Notes: generated by a model from the letters alone, not told the origin. A DNA stretch of 64,000 bases from Candidatus Nanopelagicales bacterium (GCA_037045455.1 JBAOIN010000006.1:31763-95762), one strand, 5' to 3'. Positions 20,348-32,995 are shown, counted from the first letter of the stretch. Numbers and translations are program-made.

Positions 20348-20394
20348 GAAGGAACCGGCAGTTCACCACGATCGGATGAACTGCCGGTTCCTTC
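20348..20394 (-). terminator. perfect 18-bp stem / 11-nt loop hairpin downstream of the HTH gene
   Basis: GAAGGAACCGGCAGTTCA (20348..20365) pairs perfectly with TGAACTGCCGGTTCCTTC (20377..20394). No U-tract on either strand. Confidence 0.45.
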
Positions 20395-20413
20395 AGGTCG
20401 TCAGGCAGGGACC

Positions 20414-20641
20414 TCAGGCGTTCGCGGCGCTCTTCGCGCCATTGCCTCGGGTCGGCCCGCCGCGGCCGCGCAAGGGGACGTCGGCTTCCACCAGCAGCCG
20501 ATGGATGAAGCCGTAGGAACGCCCCGTCTGCGATGCCAGTTCGCGAATGCTGGCACCCTTCTCGTACTGCTTGCGGAGGTCGGCCGTCAGGGTCTCACGC
20601 GCCGATCCGGTGATGCGGCGCCCCTTGGGCAGAGTGGTCAT
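20414..20641 (-). CDS. small helix-turn-helix domain protein
   Basis: 75-aa product with an HTH-like segment (GASIRELASQTGRSYGFIHRLL). Lies downstream of the ABC-F gene. Confidence 0.75.
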   Translation of the reverse strand: MTTLPKGRRITGSARETLTADLRKQYEKGASIRELASQTGRSYGFIHRLLVEADVPLRGRGGPTRGNGAKSAANA

Positions 20642-20717
20642 CGAAGAAGCCTTTCGCTCGATGGAGGGGGTAGTGGAAGTTTACGCTACGTTTCGAATTC
20701 ATCACCGTCAGCGACAC

Positions 20718-22316
20718 TCAAGCCAGTGCCACCAAGTCGGCGTACCCTTCGTCCCAGAGGTCCTCTACCCCATCGGGAAGCAGCAATACTCGGTCCGGCG
20801 CAAGAGCTGCGACCGCGCCCGGATCATGGGTCACCAGGACTACGGCCCCCTCGTACTCCCGCAATGCGGACAGCACTTGCTCGCGAGAGGCCGGGTCGAG
20901 GTTGTTCGTCGGCTCGTCGAGTAGCAGGACGTTGGCGCCGGACACCACGAGACAGGCCAAGGCCAAACGGGTCTTCTCACCGCCGCTGAGCGTGCCGGCA
21001 GCCTGGAACACCGTGTCCCCGCTGAACAGGAACCGGCCGAGCACCGAACGCGCCTCTCCGGCGCCGAGTTGTTGAGCCTGCGCCTGCAGGTTGTCCAGCA
21101 CGCTGGCCTCGCGGTCCAGCGTCTCGTGCTCCTGGGCGTAGTAGCCGGTGACCAAGCCATGACCGGGGATGACCTCGCCTGTGTCTGAGTCCAGTTGACC
21201 GGCGAGGATGCGCAGCAAGGTGGTCTTGCCCGCTCCGTTCAGGCCGAGCACGACCACGCGAGCGCCGCGGTCGATGGCAAGGTCCACGTCAATGAACACC
21301 TCGGCCGACCCGTAGGACTTGGACAGCCGCTTGGCGGTCAAGGGCACGCGGCCGCACGCTTGTGGGGTCGGGAAGCGCAGCGCCGCAGTCTTGTCCTGCT
21401 GCCGCTGCGGTTCGACGGCCTCCAGCAACTGGTCGGCGCGCCGCAGCATCGTCTGGGCCTGCCGCGCCTTGGTGGCTTTGGCGCGCATGCGCTCCGCCTG
21501 GCTGCGCAGAGCGTCAGCCTGCTTCGCAGCGTTCGCGGCTTCCCGGCGGCGGCGCCTGGTGTCGATCTCGATCTGCTTCTGGTAGGCATCCCAGCCGATC
21601 GCGTACACGTCGAGGACGGAGCGGGTGGCGTCGAGGTGGGCGACCCTGTTGACGACCTCGCGCAGCAGGTCCACGTCGTGGCTGATGACGACCAGGCCAC
21701 CGGCGTAGTTCCGCAGGTAGCCACGCAGCCACATGATCGAGTCGGCGTCGAGGTGGTTCGTCGGCTCGTCCAATAGCAGCACCCCCGCACCGCCGTACAG
21801 GATCCGGGCCAGTTCCACGCGGCGTCGCTGACCGCCGGACAGCGTGCCAAGGTCGCGGGCCAACTGCTCGGCGGACAGCCCCAGCCCGTCGGCGACGGCC
21901 AGCGCCTCGGCTTCGGCCGCATAACCGCCTTGCGCCAGGAACTCGGCCTCCGCCGCGGCGTATTTGCGCATGGCTTCGTCGCGCAGTGCCGGGTCCTCCA
22001 TGCGGCGTGCCTGCTTCTGCATGCGGGTCACGGCGGCCTCGAGGCCCCGGGCGCTCATGATCCGGGCGAGGGCGGATTGGCTGCCGTCGGCCGCGGTGGG
22101 ATCCTGCGGAAGGTAACCGACCTCGCCTCGGGTCACGGTGCCCGCCGCCGGCTGGCCGAGGCCAGCCATCACCTTCATCAGCGTGGTCTTGCCGGCGCCG
22201 TTACGGCCCACTAGTCCTACTCGGTCGCCCGGACCCACACGTAACGACGCGCCCTCGAGCAGCAGCCGCGCCCCCGCGCGGAGTTCGACGTCAGAGGCCT
22301 GGATCACGGGTTCCAC
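20718..22316 (-). CDS. ABC-F family ATPase (tandem NBDs, no TM domain)
   Basis: Two Walker A motifs (GRNGAGKTT, GLNGAGKTT), two LSGG signatures and a charged inter-domain linker. Confidence 0.9.
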   Translation of the reverse strand: MEPVIQASDVELRAGARLLLEGASLRVGPGDRVGLVGRNGAGKTTLMKVMAGLGQPAAGTVTRGEVGYLPQDPTAADGSQSALARIMSARGLEAAVTRMQKQARRMEDPALRDEAMRKYAAAEAEFLAQGGYAAEAEALAVADGLGLSAEQLARDLGTLSGGQRRRVELARILYGGAGVLLLDEPTNHLDADSIMWLRGYLRNYAGGLVVISHDVDLLREVVNRVAHLDATRSVLDVYAIGWDAYQKQIEIDTRRRRREAANAAKQADALRSQAERMRAKATKARQAQTMLRRADQLLEAVEPQRQQDKTAALRFPTPQACGRVPLTAKRLSKSYGSAEVFIDVDLAIDRGARVVVLGLNGAGKTTLLRILAGQLDSDTGEVIPGHGLVTGYYAQEHETLDREASVLDNLQAQAQQLGAGEARSVLGRFLFSGDTVFQAAGTLSGGEKTRLALACLVVSGANVLLLDEPTNNLDPASREQVLSALREYEGAVVLVTHDPGAVAALAPDRVLLLPDGVEDLWDEGYADLVALA

Positions 22317-22376
22317 TGTGGCAAACGTGTGGGCGGTCCGTCGCAGGGGTTCTCGATCCCCCGGGGACCGCGCGCG

Positions 22377-23468
22377 CTACACGTCGAGTTCGACGTCGGT
22401 CATTGGGTACGCGACGCAGCAGTGAACGTACCCGAACGTGGCATCGGACATCCGCAGCTTCGCCTCGTCGGCACTGTGCACCTCGCCCTTCACCACGCGC
22501 ACCCGGCACAGACTGCACTCCCCGGACCGGCACGCCGTCTCCGGTGTGATCCCGTGATCCTCGAGCGCGTCCAGCAGCGGACGGTTGCGCGGGGTGCGGA
22601 AACTCCCCTCGCGGGTGGTCACCGTCACCTCCTGCGTCGGGTCGCATCCGGTGGGCCAGCTCGCCTGGGCCGCGGGATCGGAAGGCGCACCGTTGGCTTC
22701 GAAGCGGATGCGGTGGCGGGGATGACCGAGGCGGCCCAGTTCGGCAAGCGTGAAGGGGTACATCGCCTGCGGCCCGCAGACGTACACCATCCGCCCGTCG
22801 AGTTCCCCGGCCAGATCCCGGATGACGTCGGCTGTGATCAGATCGCCGATGACGTGGTCGACCCGGACGCCTTCGACAGCGCGGTCCAGTTCCTCGCGGA
22901 AGATCACGTCGTCGGACGTGCGTGAACCGTAGATGAGGTGGAAACGCCGCGCGAGGTTGTTGTCCTGGATGTCGCGGATCATGCTCATAGCCGGGGCGAC
23001 TCCGGAACCGCCGGCGATGAACACCACGTCGTCCCCGTGGAAGAGCGGGTTGTAGTAGAACGTGCCCATCGGGCCGGTCGTGGTGGCCTCGTCCCACTCG
23101 GTGTCCAGCAGCAAGTTGCTTACGCGACCGCCGGGGACCCGCCGCACGGTCAGGTCATAGTGCTCCCGATCCGCAGGACTCGAGGAGATCGCGTAGGGCC
23201 GGCTGGTGCCGTCGACGAAGAGGTTGACGTACTGGCCAGCCAAGAACGGCGGCAATGGCTCCTCGCCGGCATCGCGCAGCCGGAACGTTGCGCTGCTGGT
23301 CGTCTCGGGGATGACCTCCGAGACTCGCAGGTGCAACCGCTTGGGGTGGTAGGTGTCGACGGTCGATCGGACCTGATCCCAGTAGTCGGTGCTGTCAGGC
23401 TCGCGCGATGCGATCTCGGCTTCGATGGCGGCCGAACCGTCGTACAGGTCAGCGATCGGGTGGGGCAT
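22377..23468 (-). CDS. ferredoxin-NAD(P) reductase-like flavoprotein with C-terminal plant-type 2Fe-2S domain
   Basis: RPYAISS-type FAD-binding motif, a GGSGVAP NAD-binding motif, and C-terminal CRSGECSLCRV plus a downstream Cys. Confidence 0.8.
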   Translation of the reverse strand: MPHPIADLYDGSAAIEAEIASREPDSTDYWDQVRSTVDTYHPKRLHLRVSEVIPETTSSATFRLRDAGEEPLPPFLAGQYVNLFVDGTSRPYAISSSPADREHYDLTVRRVPGGRVSNLLLDTEWDEATTTGPMGTFYYNPLFHGDDVVFIAGGSGVAPAMSMIRDIQDNNLARRFHLIYGSRTSDDVIFREELDRAVEGVRVDHVIGDLITADVIRDLAGELDGRMVYVCGPQAMYPFTLAELGRLGHPRHRIRFEANGAPSDPAAQASWPTGCDPTQEVTVTTREGSFRTPRNRPLLDALEDHGITPETACRSGECSLCRVRVVKGEVHSADEAKLRMSDATFGYVHCCVAYPMTDVELDV

Positions 23469-23484
23469 GTCGTACCTTTCGAAG

Positions 23485-24966
23485 TCAGGCGGCCTGGGAC
23501 CGCAGCAGTCGGCGGGCGGCGCTGAAGCCGGCTTGTAAGGTGGGCTGGAAGCCGCCCATGCCGGTCCAGGAACCAGCGAGATGGAGTCCGGGCACCTGCG
23601 GCCGGCGCTCGTTGGTGCGGAACAACCAGTTCTCGGTGGCGTCCTGGTCGTATCCGTAGATGGCTCCCCCGGGGTGACCGAGGTAGTGCATCATCGTCAT
23701 CGGCGTTGCCACGTCGATCTCCTCGATCGCATCCCGGATGTCGGGCACGACCGTTTCGCTCAGGTCCAGCAGGGTCTGCGCATAGGCGAACTTGGTGCGG
23801 TGGTAGTCGGCTGGGTCGAGGCCCTCCCACGCCGACGCGTATTGCAGGGTCAGCAGACTCACATGCGTCGTTCCGGAGGGCGCGAACCCGATCGGGGCCA
23901 CGTCGTAGGAGGTGAGGCAGATGCCTCGCGCGGGCTGCAGGGTCCGCCACGATTCGTAGGTGGCCAGGTCGTTGGTGTCGGCGTTGACGAAGCTCGTGCT
24001 GGTCGTGAAGCCGAGCTCGGCAGGCGAGGCATTCAGCCCCATATGGAGCACGAAGGCAGACACTCCGATCCGGCGCGTGCCCAGGTCTTTGCTGACGGCC
24101 TCCGGCACCGCGATGCCCTCGAGCATTTCGTAGGTGGCCGGCAGCGAGGAATTCGAGACCACGTCGCGCGTTGCGATCTCCTGGCCGTCGTCGAGTCGCA
24201 CGCCGGCCACGTGACCGTCCCGCACTAGGATCTGCTCGACCTCGGTGTTGAACAGCGCCTGGCCGCCGGCCGCTGTGAACGCGTCGAAGATGGCTGCGGA
24301 CATGGCTTGCGAACCACCGCGGATGTGCCACGGCTTGTACTCAAGGTAGGCGAACAACAGCGTCGCCATGTCCTGGAACGGGAGCTTCTCGGGCGGCTGA
24401 CCGAGGTATCCCCAGTAGGCGCCCAGGGCGTGCTTCAGGCCAGTGTCTTCGAAGTACTCGTCGAACACCTCCTTGCTGGGTCGCAGACCCTGACGGAACA
24501 GGACCGGGTCGATCTGTTCGGCCGGCATGCGCATAGCCGCCACCTGCCACATGGCCACCTGCCGGACCAAGTCGAAGAACTTCCGCGCGCGATCGCCGTT
24601 GCCCGGGAATCCTTCCCCGATCGCGTTGATGGCCCCCTCCCAGTCGGCGGGAAGCGTGAGATCCACGACGCCCGGCACGACGGCGCGATACAGATCGCGC
24701 TCCTCAACGAACTCGATCCTTTCCGAGACGCCCAAGGCGTCGAACAGTCCCCGCAGCGAGAACGCTTGGCCCTCGTGGCCGAGACCGGACAACTGGTGCA
24801 GGGCCGTCTCGAACTCGAAGCGCCCCCGCCGGAAGGAGGTGGCACACCCGCCGGGCACGTTGTGGCGCTCGATGAGCAGCGTGCTCACGCCGGCCCGCTG
24901 CAGCGTGGCGGCTGCCGTGAGGCCGGCGTTGCCTGCGCCAATGACCACCGCATCAAAGTCCCTCAT
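23485..24966 (-). CDS. phytoene desaturase (CrtI)-like NAD(P)/FAD-dependent oxidoreductase
   Basis: N-terminal dinucleotide fold DAVVIGAGNAGLTAA..ERHNVPGG. About 490 aa. Substrate unknown. Confidence 0.75.
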   Translation of the reverse strand: MRDFDAVVIGAGNAGLTAAATLQRAGVSTLLIERHNVPGGCATSFRRGRFEFETALHQLSGLGHEGQAFSLRGLFDALGVSERIEFVEERDLYRAVVPGVVDLTLPADWEGAINAIGEGFPGNGDRARKFFDLVRQVAMWQVAAMRMPAEQIDPVLFRQGLRPSKEVFDEYFEDTGLKHALGAYWGYLGQPPEKLPFQDMATLLFAYLEYKPWHIRGGSQAMSAAIFDAFTAAGGQALFNTEVEQILVRDGHVAGVRLDDGQEIATRDVVSNSSLPATYEMLEGIAVPEAVSKDLGTRRIGVSAFVLHMGLNASPAELGFTTSTSFVNADTNDLATYESWRTLQPARGICLTSYDVAPIGFAPSGTTHVSLLTLQYASAWEGLDPADYHRTKFAYAQTLLDLSETVVPDIRDAIEEIDVATPMTMMHYLGHPGGAIYGYDQDATENWLFRTNERRPQVPGLHLAGSWTGMGGFQPTLQAGFSAARRLLRSQAA

Positions 24967-24981
24967 CGCGCCTCCGTGTAG

Positions 24982-25047
24982 TAGTCAACTAATTGAGTAT
25001 GCAGTTGAGGCTACTCTCACTCCTCGCATTAGTCAATTTGTTGAGTA
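24982..25047. promoter_or_regulatory. two 18-bp direct repeats in an AT-rich divergent promoter gap, candidate PadR operators
   Basis: TAGTCAACTAATTGAGTA (24982..24999) and TAGTCAATTTGTTGAGTA (25030..25047) match at 15 of 18 positions. Each is partly palindromic. They lie between the divergent oxidoreductase and padR starts. Confidence 0.5.
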
Positions 25048-25057
25048 CACTGGCAAT

Positions 25058-25612
25058 ATGGCTTTGCGTGACGCGATACTCGCCGCCCTGCTCGAGGGCG
25101 AAGCCTCGGGTTACGACATGGCCAAGGCATTCGACTCCTCGGTGGCGAACTTCTGGGCCGCCACCCCGCAACAGCTCTACCGGGAGCTGGACGGGTTGGA
25201 GGAGCAAGGCCTGGTTGCCGCCCGTGTGGTCCAGCAGGAACGCCGACCCAACAAGCGCCTGTTCCGTCTGACCCGCGCGGGACGCAAGGAATTGCGCGAG
25301 TTCACTAGCAGGACCGCCCGCCCCACGGCTATCCGCGACGACCTGCTCGTGAAGGTCCAGGCCGTCGACGCCGGGGACACTGCCGGCGTGATCGAGGCCG
25401 TGGAAGAGCGCCTGGCAGGTGCTCACGCGAAACTCGCCCGCTACGAGAAGCTACGCGCCCACCTGCTCTACGGTCGCTCCGAGAAGCGCTTCTTGGCCGA
25501 CGCATCCCGGGTCGGCCCCTACCTCACGCTCATGCGCGGGATCGCTTTCGAGACCGAGAACGTGCGCTGGTGCGATCAGGTCATTGAGGTCCTGCGGGCG
25601 CGCGAAGGCTGA
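25058..25612 (+). CDS. PadR family transcriptional regulator
   Basis: 184-aa product starting MALRDAILAALLEGEASGYDM.. with the winged-helix PadR N-terminal domain. ATG 25058 lies inside ORF 24527..25612. Confidence 0.85.
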   Translation: MALRDAILAALLEGEASGYDMAKAFDSSVANFWAATPQQLYRELDGLEEQGLVAARVVQQERRPNKRLFRLTRAGRKELREFTSRTARPTAIRDDLLVKVQAVDAGDTAGVIEAVEERLAGAHAKLARYEKLRAHLLYGRSEKRFLADASRVGPYLTLMRGIAFETENVRWCDQVIEVLRAREG

Positions 25613-25629
25613 CGGCAGGCTCGCGATGC

Positions 25630-25937
25630 TCAGACGTTGAACCCCAGTGCCCGCAGCATCTCGCGGCCCTCGTCGGTGATCTTGTCCGGGCCCCACGGCG
25701 GCATCCAGACCCAGTTGATGCGGAAGTCCTTGACGATGTCCGACAGTGCCACGCGGGTCTGGTCCTCGATCTCGTCGGTCAGGGGGCAGGCCGCCGAGGT
25801 CAGCGTCATGTCGATCGTCGCGATCTCGTCATCGTCGACGTGCACGCCGTACACCAGCCCGAGGTCCACCACGTTGATGCCCAGCTCGGGGTCGACCACG
25901 TCGCGCATCCGCTCGGTGAGTTCGTCAACCGTCACGC

Positions 25938-25941
<4 letters not shown>
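25630..25941 (-). CDS. sufT: DUF59/SufT-type Fe-S assembly protein
   Basis: 103-aa product with VVDPELGINVVDLGLVY and TLTSAACP motifs. Last gene of the suf cluster. Confidence 0.85.
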
Positions 25942-28368
<2,427 letters not shown>

Positions 28369-28372
<4 letters not shown>

Positions 28373-28695
28373 CGTGCCTCCTCCGGAACTGCGACGAGCA
28401 CCACTGCGTCGTCGCCAACGCCTTCTATCTGGACTGGGTATGTGGTTATGGACTCGAACGCCGGCGGCCCGGACGGTTCACCGGTGCGCAGGTCGAAGCG
28501 CGAGCCGTGCAACCAGCATTCGATCTCGCAGCCCGACACCTCGCCTTCGGCCAGCGACACCTCCGCGTGCGAGCAGGTGTCGTTCACGGCGAAGACCTCG
28601 GTGCCCACCCGCACCACGGCGACCGGCACGCCGTCGATCGTGATCCGCCGGGGCTGCTTGTCGCGCAGGTCACCCAGCCGCAGGGACACGCTCAT
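28369..28695 (-). CDS. Rieske-type [2Fe-2S] ferredoxin-like protein embedded in the suf operon
   Basis: CSH..(17 aa)..CWLHG Rieske ligand pattern (CSHAEVSLAEGEVSGCEIECWLHGSRF). 108 aa. Translationally coupled on both sides. Confidence 0.85.
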
Positions 28696-29807
28696 GCAGT
28701 CTCCTCGTAGCCGAGTTCGGCCTCGACGGCCCGCATCAGTTCGCTGCGCACCATCGGCACGTCGATCCCGTCCAGCACGTCGGCGAAGAAGCCGAGCACG
28801 ACCAGCCGCCGCGCTTGCGATTCCGGGATGCCGCGAGACATCAGGTAGAACAACTGCTCCTCGTCGAATCTTCCCGTCGCGCTCGCGTGCCCCGCGCCCA
28901 CGACGTCGCCGGTCAGGATCTCCAGGTTCGGCACCGAGTCCGCCCGGGCGCCGTCGTCGAGCAGCAGGTTGCGGTTGATCTCGTAGGTCTGCGTGCCGAC
29001 CGCCGTCGGCTGGATGATCACGTCACCGACCCAGACACTGCGCGCCCCATCGCCCTGCAACGCGCCCTTGAAGACCACGTTGCTCGAGCAGTGCGGCTGA
29101 CCGTGGTCGACCAGTGAGCGGTGCTCGAAGCGCTGGCCGGCGTCGGCGAAGAACAGCCCGCGGATGTCGGCCTCACCGCCGGGTCCCGCGTAGTCCACCG
29201 TCTGCACAAGGCGCAGCGCCTCGCCCCCGAGGCTGACGACCACGCTGCGCAGGCGGGCATCCCGGCCGATCCGTGCCGCGATGTGACCCGCATGGACAGC
29301 GTCGTCGGACCAGTTCTGCACCATGACGAACTCGAGCGAACCGCCGTCGTGCACCACGACCGAGACGTTCCCGGCGTACAGGGAAGTACCGCTATGGCGC
29401 AGCACGACGATCGCCTTCGCATCGGCCCCGATTTCGATCAATGTTTGGCCCCAAACGACATCGCGGCCCTGACCGGTGAGGTCGATCACGACGGGCTCGG
29501 AATGCTCGGCTGCGGCGGGCACCTCCAGCAGCATCGCACCGCCGGAATGCGCAGCGGCCAATGCCGAGATCCGGTCCACCGGGGCACTCGCAGCGCGCTG
29601 CCGGGCTTCCTGCGCGGAGATCTCCCGCACCGTGATGCCGGCGGGCACGGTCGCGTGCCACGTCAGGTGGGCATCGGAGGCGGCATCCTCAAGCAGCGGC
29701 TTGAGCGCGGCGCGGGGCGCAAACCGCCACACCTCCTCGCGGCCGGTCGGTTCCGGGAATTCCGCGAGGTCGTAGGAGCGGACACCGCTCATGCTGATCT
29801 CGCCCAT
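28692..29807 (-). CDS. sufD: Fe-S cluster assembly protein SufD
   Basis: 371 aa with the conserved C-terminal SufBD domain (..[22 protein letters not shown]..). Confidence 0.9.
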   Translation of the reverse strand: MGEISMSGVRSYDLAEFPEPTGREEVWRFAPRAALKPLLEDAASDAHLTWHATVPAGITVREISAQEARQRAASAPVDRISALAAAHSGGAMLLEVPAAAEHSEPVVIDLTGQGRDVVWGQTLIEIGADAKAIVVLRHSGTSLYAGNVSVVVHDGGSLEFVMVQNWSDDAVHAGHIAARIGRDARLRSVVVSLGGEALRLVQTVDYAGPGGEADIRGLFFADAGQRFEHRSLVDHGQPHCSSNVVFKGALQGDGARSVWVGDVIIQPTAVGTQTYEINRNLLLDDGARADSVPNLEILTGDVVGAGHASATGRFDEEQLFYLMSRGIPESQARRLVVLGFFADVLDGIDVPMVRSELMRAVEAELGYEETA

Positions 29808-32338
29808 CAGCCGACCGCTCCTTCCATCTGCAGTTCGATGAGCCGGTTGAGTTCCAGCGCGTACTCCATCGGCAGTTCCCGCGCGATCGGTTCGATGAAG
29901 CCGCGCACGATCATCGCCATGGCCTCGTCCTCGGTGAGGCCACGGGACATCAGGTAGAACAGCTGGTCCTCGCCGATCTTGCTGACCGTGGCCTCGTGCC
30001 CCATCGCAACGTCGTCCTCACGGATGTCGTTATAGGGGTAGGTGTCGGAGCGGCTGATGTCGTCGACAAGCAGCGCATCGCACTTCACTGTGGACTTCGA
30101 GCCCTTCGCACCCGGGTTCACCTGGATCAGGCCGCGGTACGAGGCCCGTCCGCCACCACGAGCCACCGACTTCGACACGATCGTCGACGAGGTGTTCGGA
30201 GCGGCGTGCACCATCTTGGATCCCGCGTCCTGGTGCTGGCCCTCCCCCGCGAAAGCAACGGACAGGGTCTCGCCCTTGGCGTGCTCGCCCATCAGCCAGA
30301 CGGCCGGGTACTTCATCGTGACCTTGGAACCGAGGTTGCCGTCGATCCACTCCATGGTCGCGCCCTGCTGGGCGATCGCCCGCTTGGTGACCAGGTTGTA
30401 GACGTTCGTCGACCAGTTCTGAATGGTCGTGTAGCGGCAGCGGGCGTCCTTCTTCACAACGATCTCCACAACCGCGGAATGCAGACTGTCCGTGGAGTAG
30501 ATCGGCGCCGTGCAACCCTCGACGTAGTGCACGTACGCGCCTTCGTCCACGATGATGAGCGTCCGCTCGAACTGCCCCATGTTCTCGGTATTGATCCGGA
30601 AGTAGGCCTGCAACGGGATTTCCACGTGCACGCCCTTGGGCACGTAGATGAACGACCCGCCCGACCACACGGCAGTGTTCAGGGCGGAGAACTTGTTGTC
30701 GCCGGCCGGGATCACAGATGCGAAGTGCTCACGGAACAGGTCTTCGTGCTCCTTGAGGCCCGTGTCGGTGTCCAGGAAGATGACGCCCTGCTCCTCGAGA
30801 TCCTCGCGGATCTTGTGGTAAACAACCTCGGAGTTGTGCACCACGATGCCCTCTGCGATGAAGTTGTGCGGGCCGTCAACCTCGACGTCAAAGACTGGCT
30901 CGACCTCATGCGCTTCGATGCTGGCGATGCGGGCGAACCCAAGGTGGTCGGTCACGTGTGCGCGAATGGTCGTACCGCGTACCGCCCGGTTGCTGTGGCC
31001 ATACGCACGCCGTCCGAATCGCGCAGTGCGTTTGGGGTTGCGGCAATCGAGCTTCTCGCAGTCGCCGGACAGGTGCAGGCGGAATGCAGTCAGCCGTCGT
31101 GACGCATCGTGCGGGTGAGCGTTGGTGAACTCGTACGGCCCAGCGACACCCATGCCCAGCGTCGCGGCGAGTTCGAGACCTTGTTGCAGCAAACAGGAAT
31201 TGCCGCTGGTCAGGCGCACACCTGAGGCCCGATCTGGCGCCACGTAACCGTCGGCGTCGACCCAGCCGCCGAGGAACGCCAGGCGCTGGTCTTCGGGCAG
31301 GTCGTACACCCACAGCGGGATCTGTTTGGTCAGGCTGGTACCGCCGAATCCTTGCGCCCAGAGCCATTCGACGAGGTCCTTGGAGTTCACGACCACCCGG
31401 TAGTTGTCGGCCTCGATCACACGCTTGCCGAACTGCTCGGCAACGATACGGGAGATCTCCGCGCGGACCTCAGGGTCCCTCTCGTCGACTGCGAACTGGA
31501 CACGGTGTGTCCGTCCCGCCGACTGCGTGTTGCCATCGCCGAGGAAGAAACCGAGCAGCCACATCAGATCCGGGGTGCTGCACTCGGGACCGAAATCACC
31601 CTCGAAGACGCGCACTTGGCCAAATGTTGGCAGCCCGCGAGGCACGGCCACCATGTCGCCCGGCTGCAACTCCGCCACTGTCTTCCAGACCCGGCGGTAG
31701 CGAGCCCGCTGACGGCCCGGCTTGCGGGCATCCTCAAGCACCAGGAACGGATGGTTGTCGGTGGCACGGATGATCCGGGTCCCGACCTTGATGCGGTAGG
31801 TGAGGCGAGTGTCAGTCTGAGCAGCAGCCTTGACTGGCGCGACTTCGAACTCCCCCGTCTCCTCGTTGAGAGCGAAGACGCGGTCACCAGGCTCGATCGC
31901 CTTGATCGGGACGAGGCCGCGCCCAGCAGTCCAGACGCGCGTGTCACCGGCGAGGCACTCGTATTGCGCGGCCACACCGGCGATCAGCCGCTGCTTCTCC
32001 GCCTCCGGGATCCCCAGCCGGTCGTAAGTGTTCTTGATGTCGGCGGGCAGTTCCTCCCACGAGGTCGCCTGCTTCTCGGTCGAACGCACGAAGTACTTGA
32101 TGGTGTCGAAGTTGATGTCCGACAGGTCCGCGCCCCACGTGGGCATGGGCTTCTTCTCGAACAGCCGCAGCCCCTTCAGACGCATCTCCAGCATCCATTC
32201 GGGCTCGTTCTTCAGCGCGGAGATCTCGCGGACGACGTCCTCACTCAGGCCGCGCTTGGCCGTGGCACCGGCCACATCCGGGTCCGCCCAGCCGTACTCA
32301 TAGCGGCCGAGGTCGGCCAGTTGGTCCATGTCGCTCAT
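29807..32338 (-). CDS. sufB: Fe-S cluster assembly protein SufB, interrupted by an in-frame intein
   Basis: Starts [17 protein letters not shown] at ATG 32338 (ATGA overlap with the sufR stop). The exteins total about 468 aa with the canonical SufB C-terminus. It forms the lower part of the 1090-aa ORF 29807..33079. Confidence 0.9.
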   Translation of the reverse strand: MSDMDQLADLGRYEYGWADPDVAGATAKRGLSEDVVREISALKNEPEWMLEMRLKGLRLFEKKPMPTWGADLSDINFDTIKYFVRSTEKQATSWEELPADIKNTYDRLGIPEAEKQRLIAGVAAQYECLAGDTRVWTAGRGLVPIKAIEPGDRVFALNEETGEFEVAPVKAAAQTDTRLTYRIKVGTRIIRATDNHPFLVLEDARKPGRQRARYRRVWKTVAELQPGDMVAVPRGLPTFGQVRVFEGDFGPECSTPDLMWLLGFFLGDGNTQSAGRTHRVQFAVDERDPEVRAEISRIVAEQFGKRVIEADNYRVVVNSKDLVEWLWAQGFGGTSLTKQIPLWVYDLPEDQRLAFLGGWVDADGYVAPDRASGVRLTSGNSCLLQQGLELAATLGMGVAGPYEFTNAHPHDASRRLTAFRLHLSGDCEKLDCRNPKRTARFGRRAYGHSNRAVRGTTIRAHVTDHLGFARIASIEAHEVEPVFDVEVDGPHNFIAEGIVVHNSEVVYHKIREDLEEQGVIFLDTDTGLKEHEDLFREHFASVIPAGDNKFSALNTAVWSGGSFIYVPKGVHVEIPLQAYFRINTENMGQFERTLIIVDEGAYVHYVEGCTAPIYSTDSLHSAVVEIVVKKDARCRYTTIQNWSTNVYNLVTKRAIAQQGATMEWIDGNLGSKVTMKYPAVWLMGEHAKGETLSVAFAGEGQHQDAGSKMVHAAPNTSSTIVSKSVARGGGRASYRGLIQVNPGAKGSKSTVKCDALLVDDISRSDTYPYNDIREDDVAMGHEATVSKIGEDQLFYLMSRGLTEDEAMAMIVRGFIEPIARELPMEYALELNRLIELQMEGAVG
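30833..31957 (-). mobile_element. SufB intein (375 aa) with LAGLIDADG homing-endonuclease domain
   Basis: Inserted at ..GVAAQYE|C...VVHN|SEVVYH... Block A is CLAGDTRV, block B is ATDNHPF, and the C-terminus is HN followed by +1 Ser. Two LAGLIDADG motifs are present ([21 protein letters not shown]). Confidence 0.9.
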
Positions 32339-32995
32339 GAATGGATCCTTTCCGGAGTCGGTGACACCAGACACGTGCACACCCCATCGCCGTGGGCGAT
32401 CGTGGCCAGTCGCGTGACGTTGGTGTCGAGTAGCCGAGCGAAGGCTTCCGCTTCGGCGTCGCACAGTTGCGGAAACTCGTGGGCGGCCTGGCCCACCGGG
32501 CAGTTGTGCTGGCAGACCTGCAGGACCGCGGTGGGCCCTTCGGCCACGCTGGCCGCATACCCGTCGGCCGTGAGCAGTTCTGCCAGCCGCGCGGCCCGCT
32601 CGTGCGGCGTCGACGATGCCTTCGAGTTCGGGGCGGTAGCGCTGCTCGAGGTCGGCGGCGCGGCGACGGGCGAAGTCGGACAGTGCGTCGGGTTGCACTT
32701 GTCCTAGGAAACGCAGAGCGCTGACGGCCAGGTCGTCGTAGGCCTGCTCGAAGCGGCGCCGCCCGAGGTCGGTGAGTGCGTAGATCTTGGCGGGCCGGCC
32801 CCGGCGGGGACCGGGCATCGGGCCGAACGGGGGCCGGTCGCCGGCCAGCACGTCACCGGTGGCCTCGAGTGCGTCGAGGTGCTTGCGCACGCCCGCCGCG
32901 GTGATTCCCAGCCGCGCCGAGAGGTCAGCGGCCGTCGCTGGACCGTCATCGAGCAGGCTGCGCACGACCCGCTCCTTGCCGCTGGCGCTTTTCAC
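32335..32995 (-). pseudogene. sufR: SufR (ArsR-type HTH, Fe-S sensing) repressor, frame broken by a net +1 indel at about 32600-32620
   Basis: The N-terminal wHTH (..[32 protein letters not shown]..) is in the 1090-aa ORF frame. The Cys-rich C-terminus ([23 protein letters not shown]) is in ORF 32335..32547. GTG 32995 is preceded by GGAG. Confidence 0.8.
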
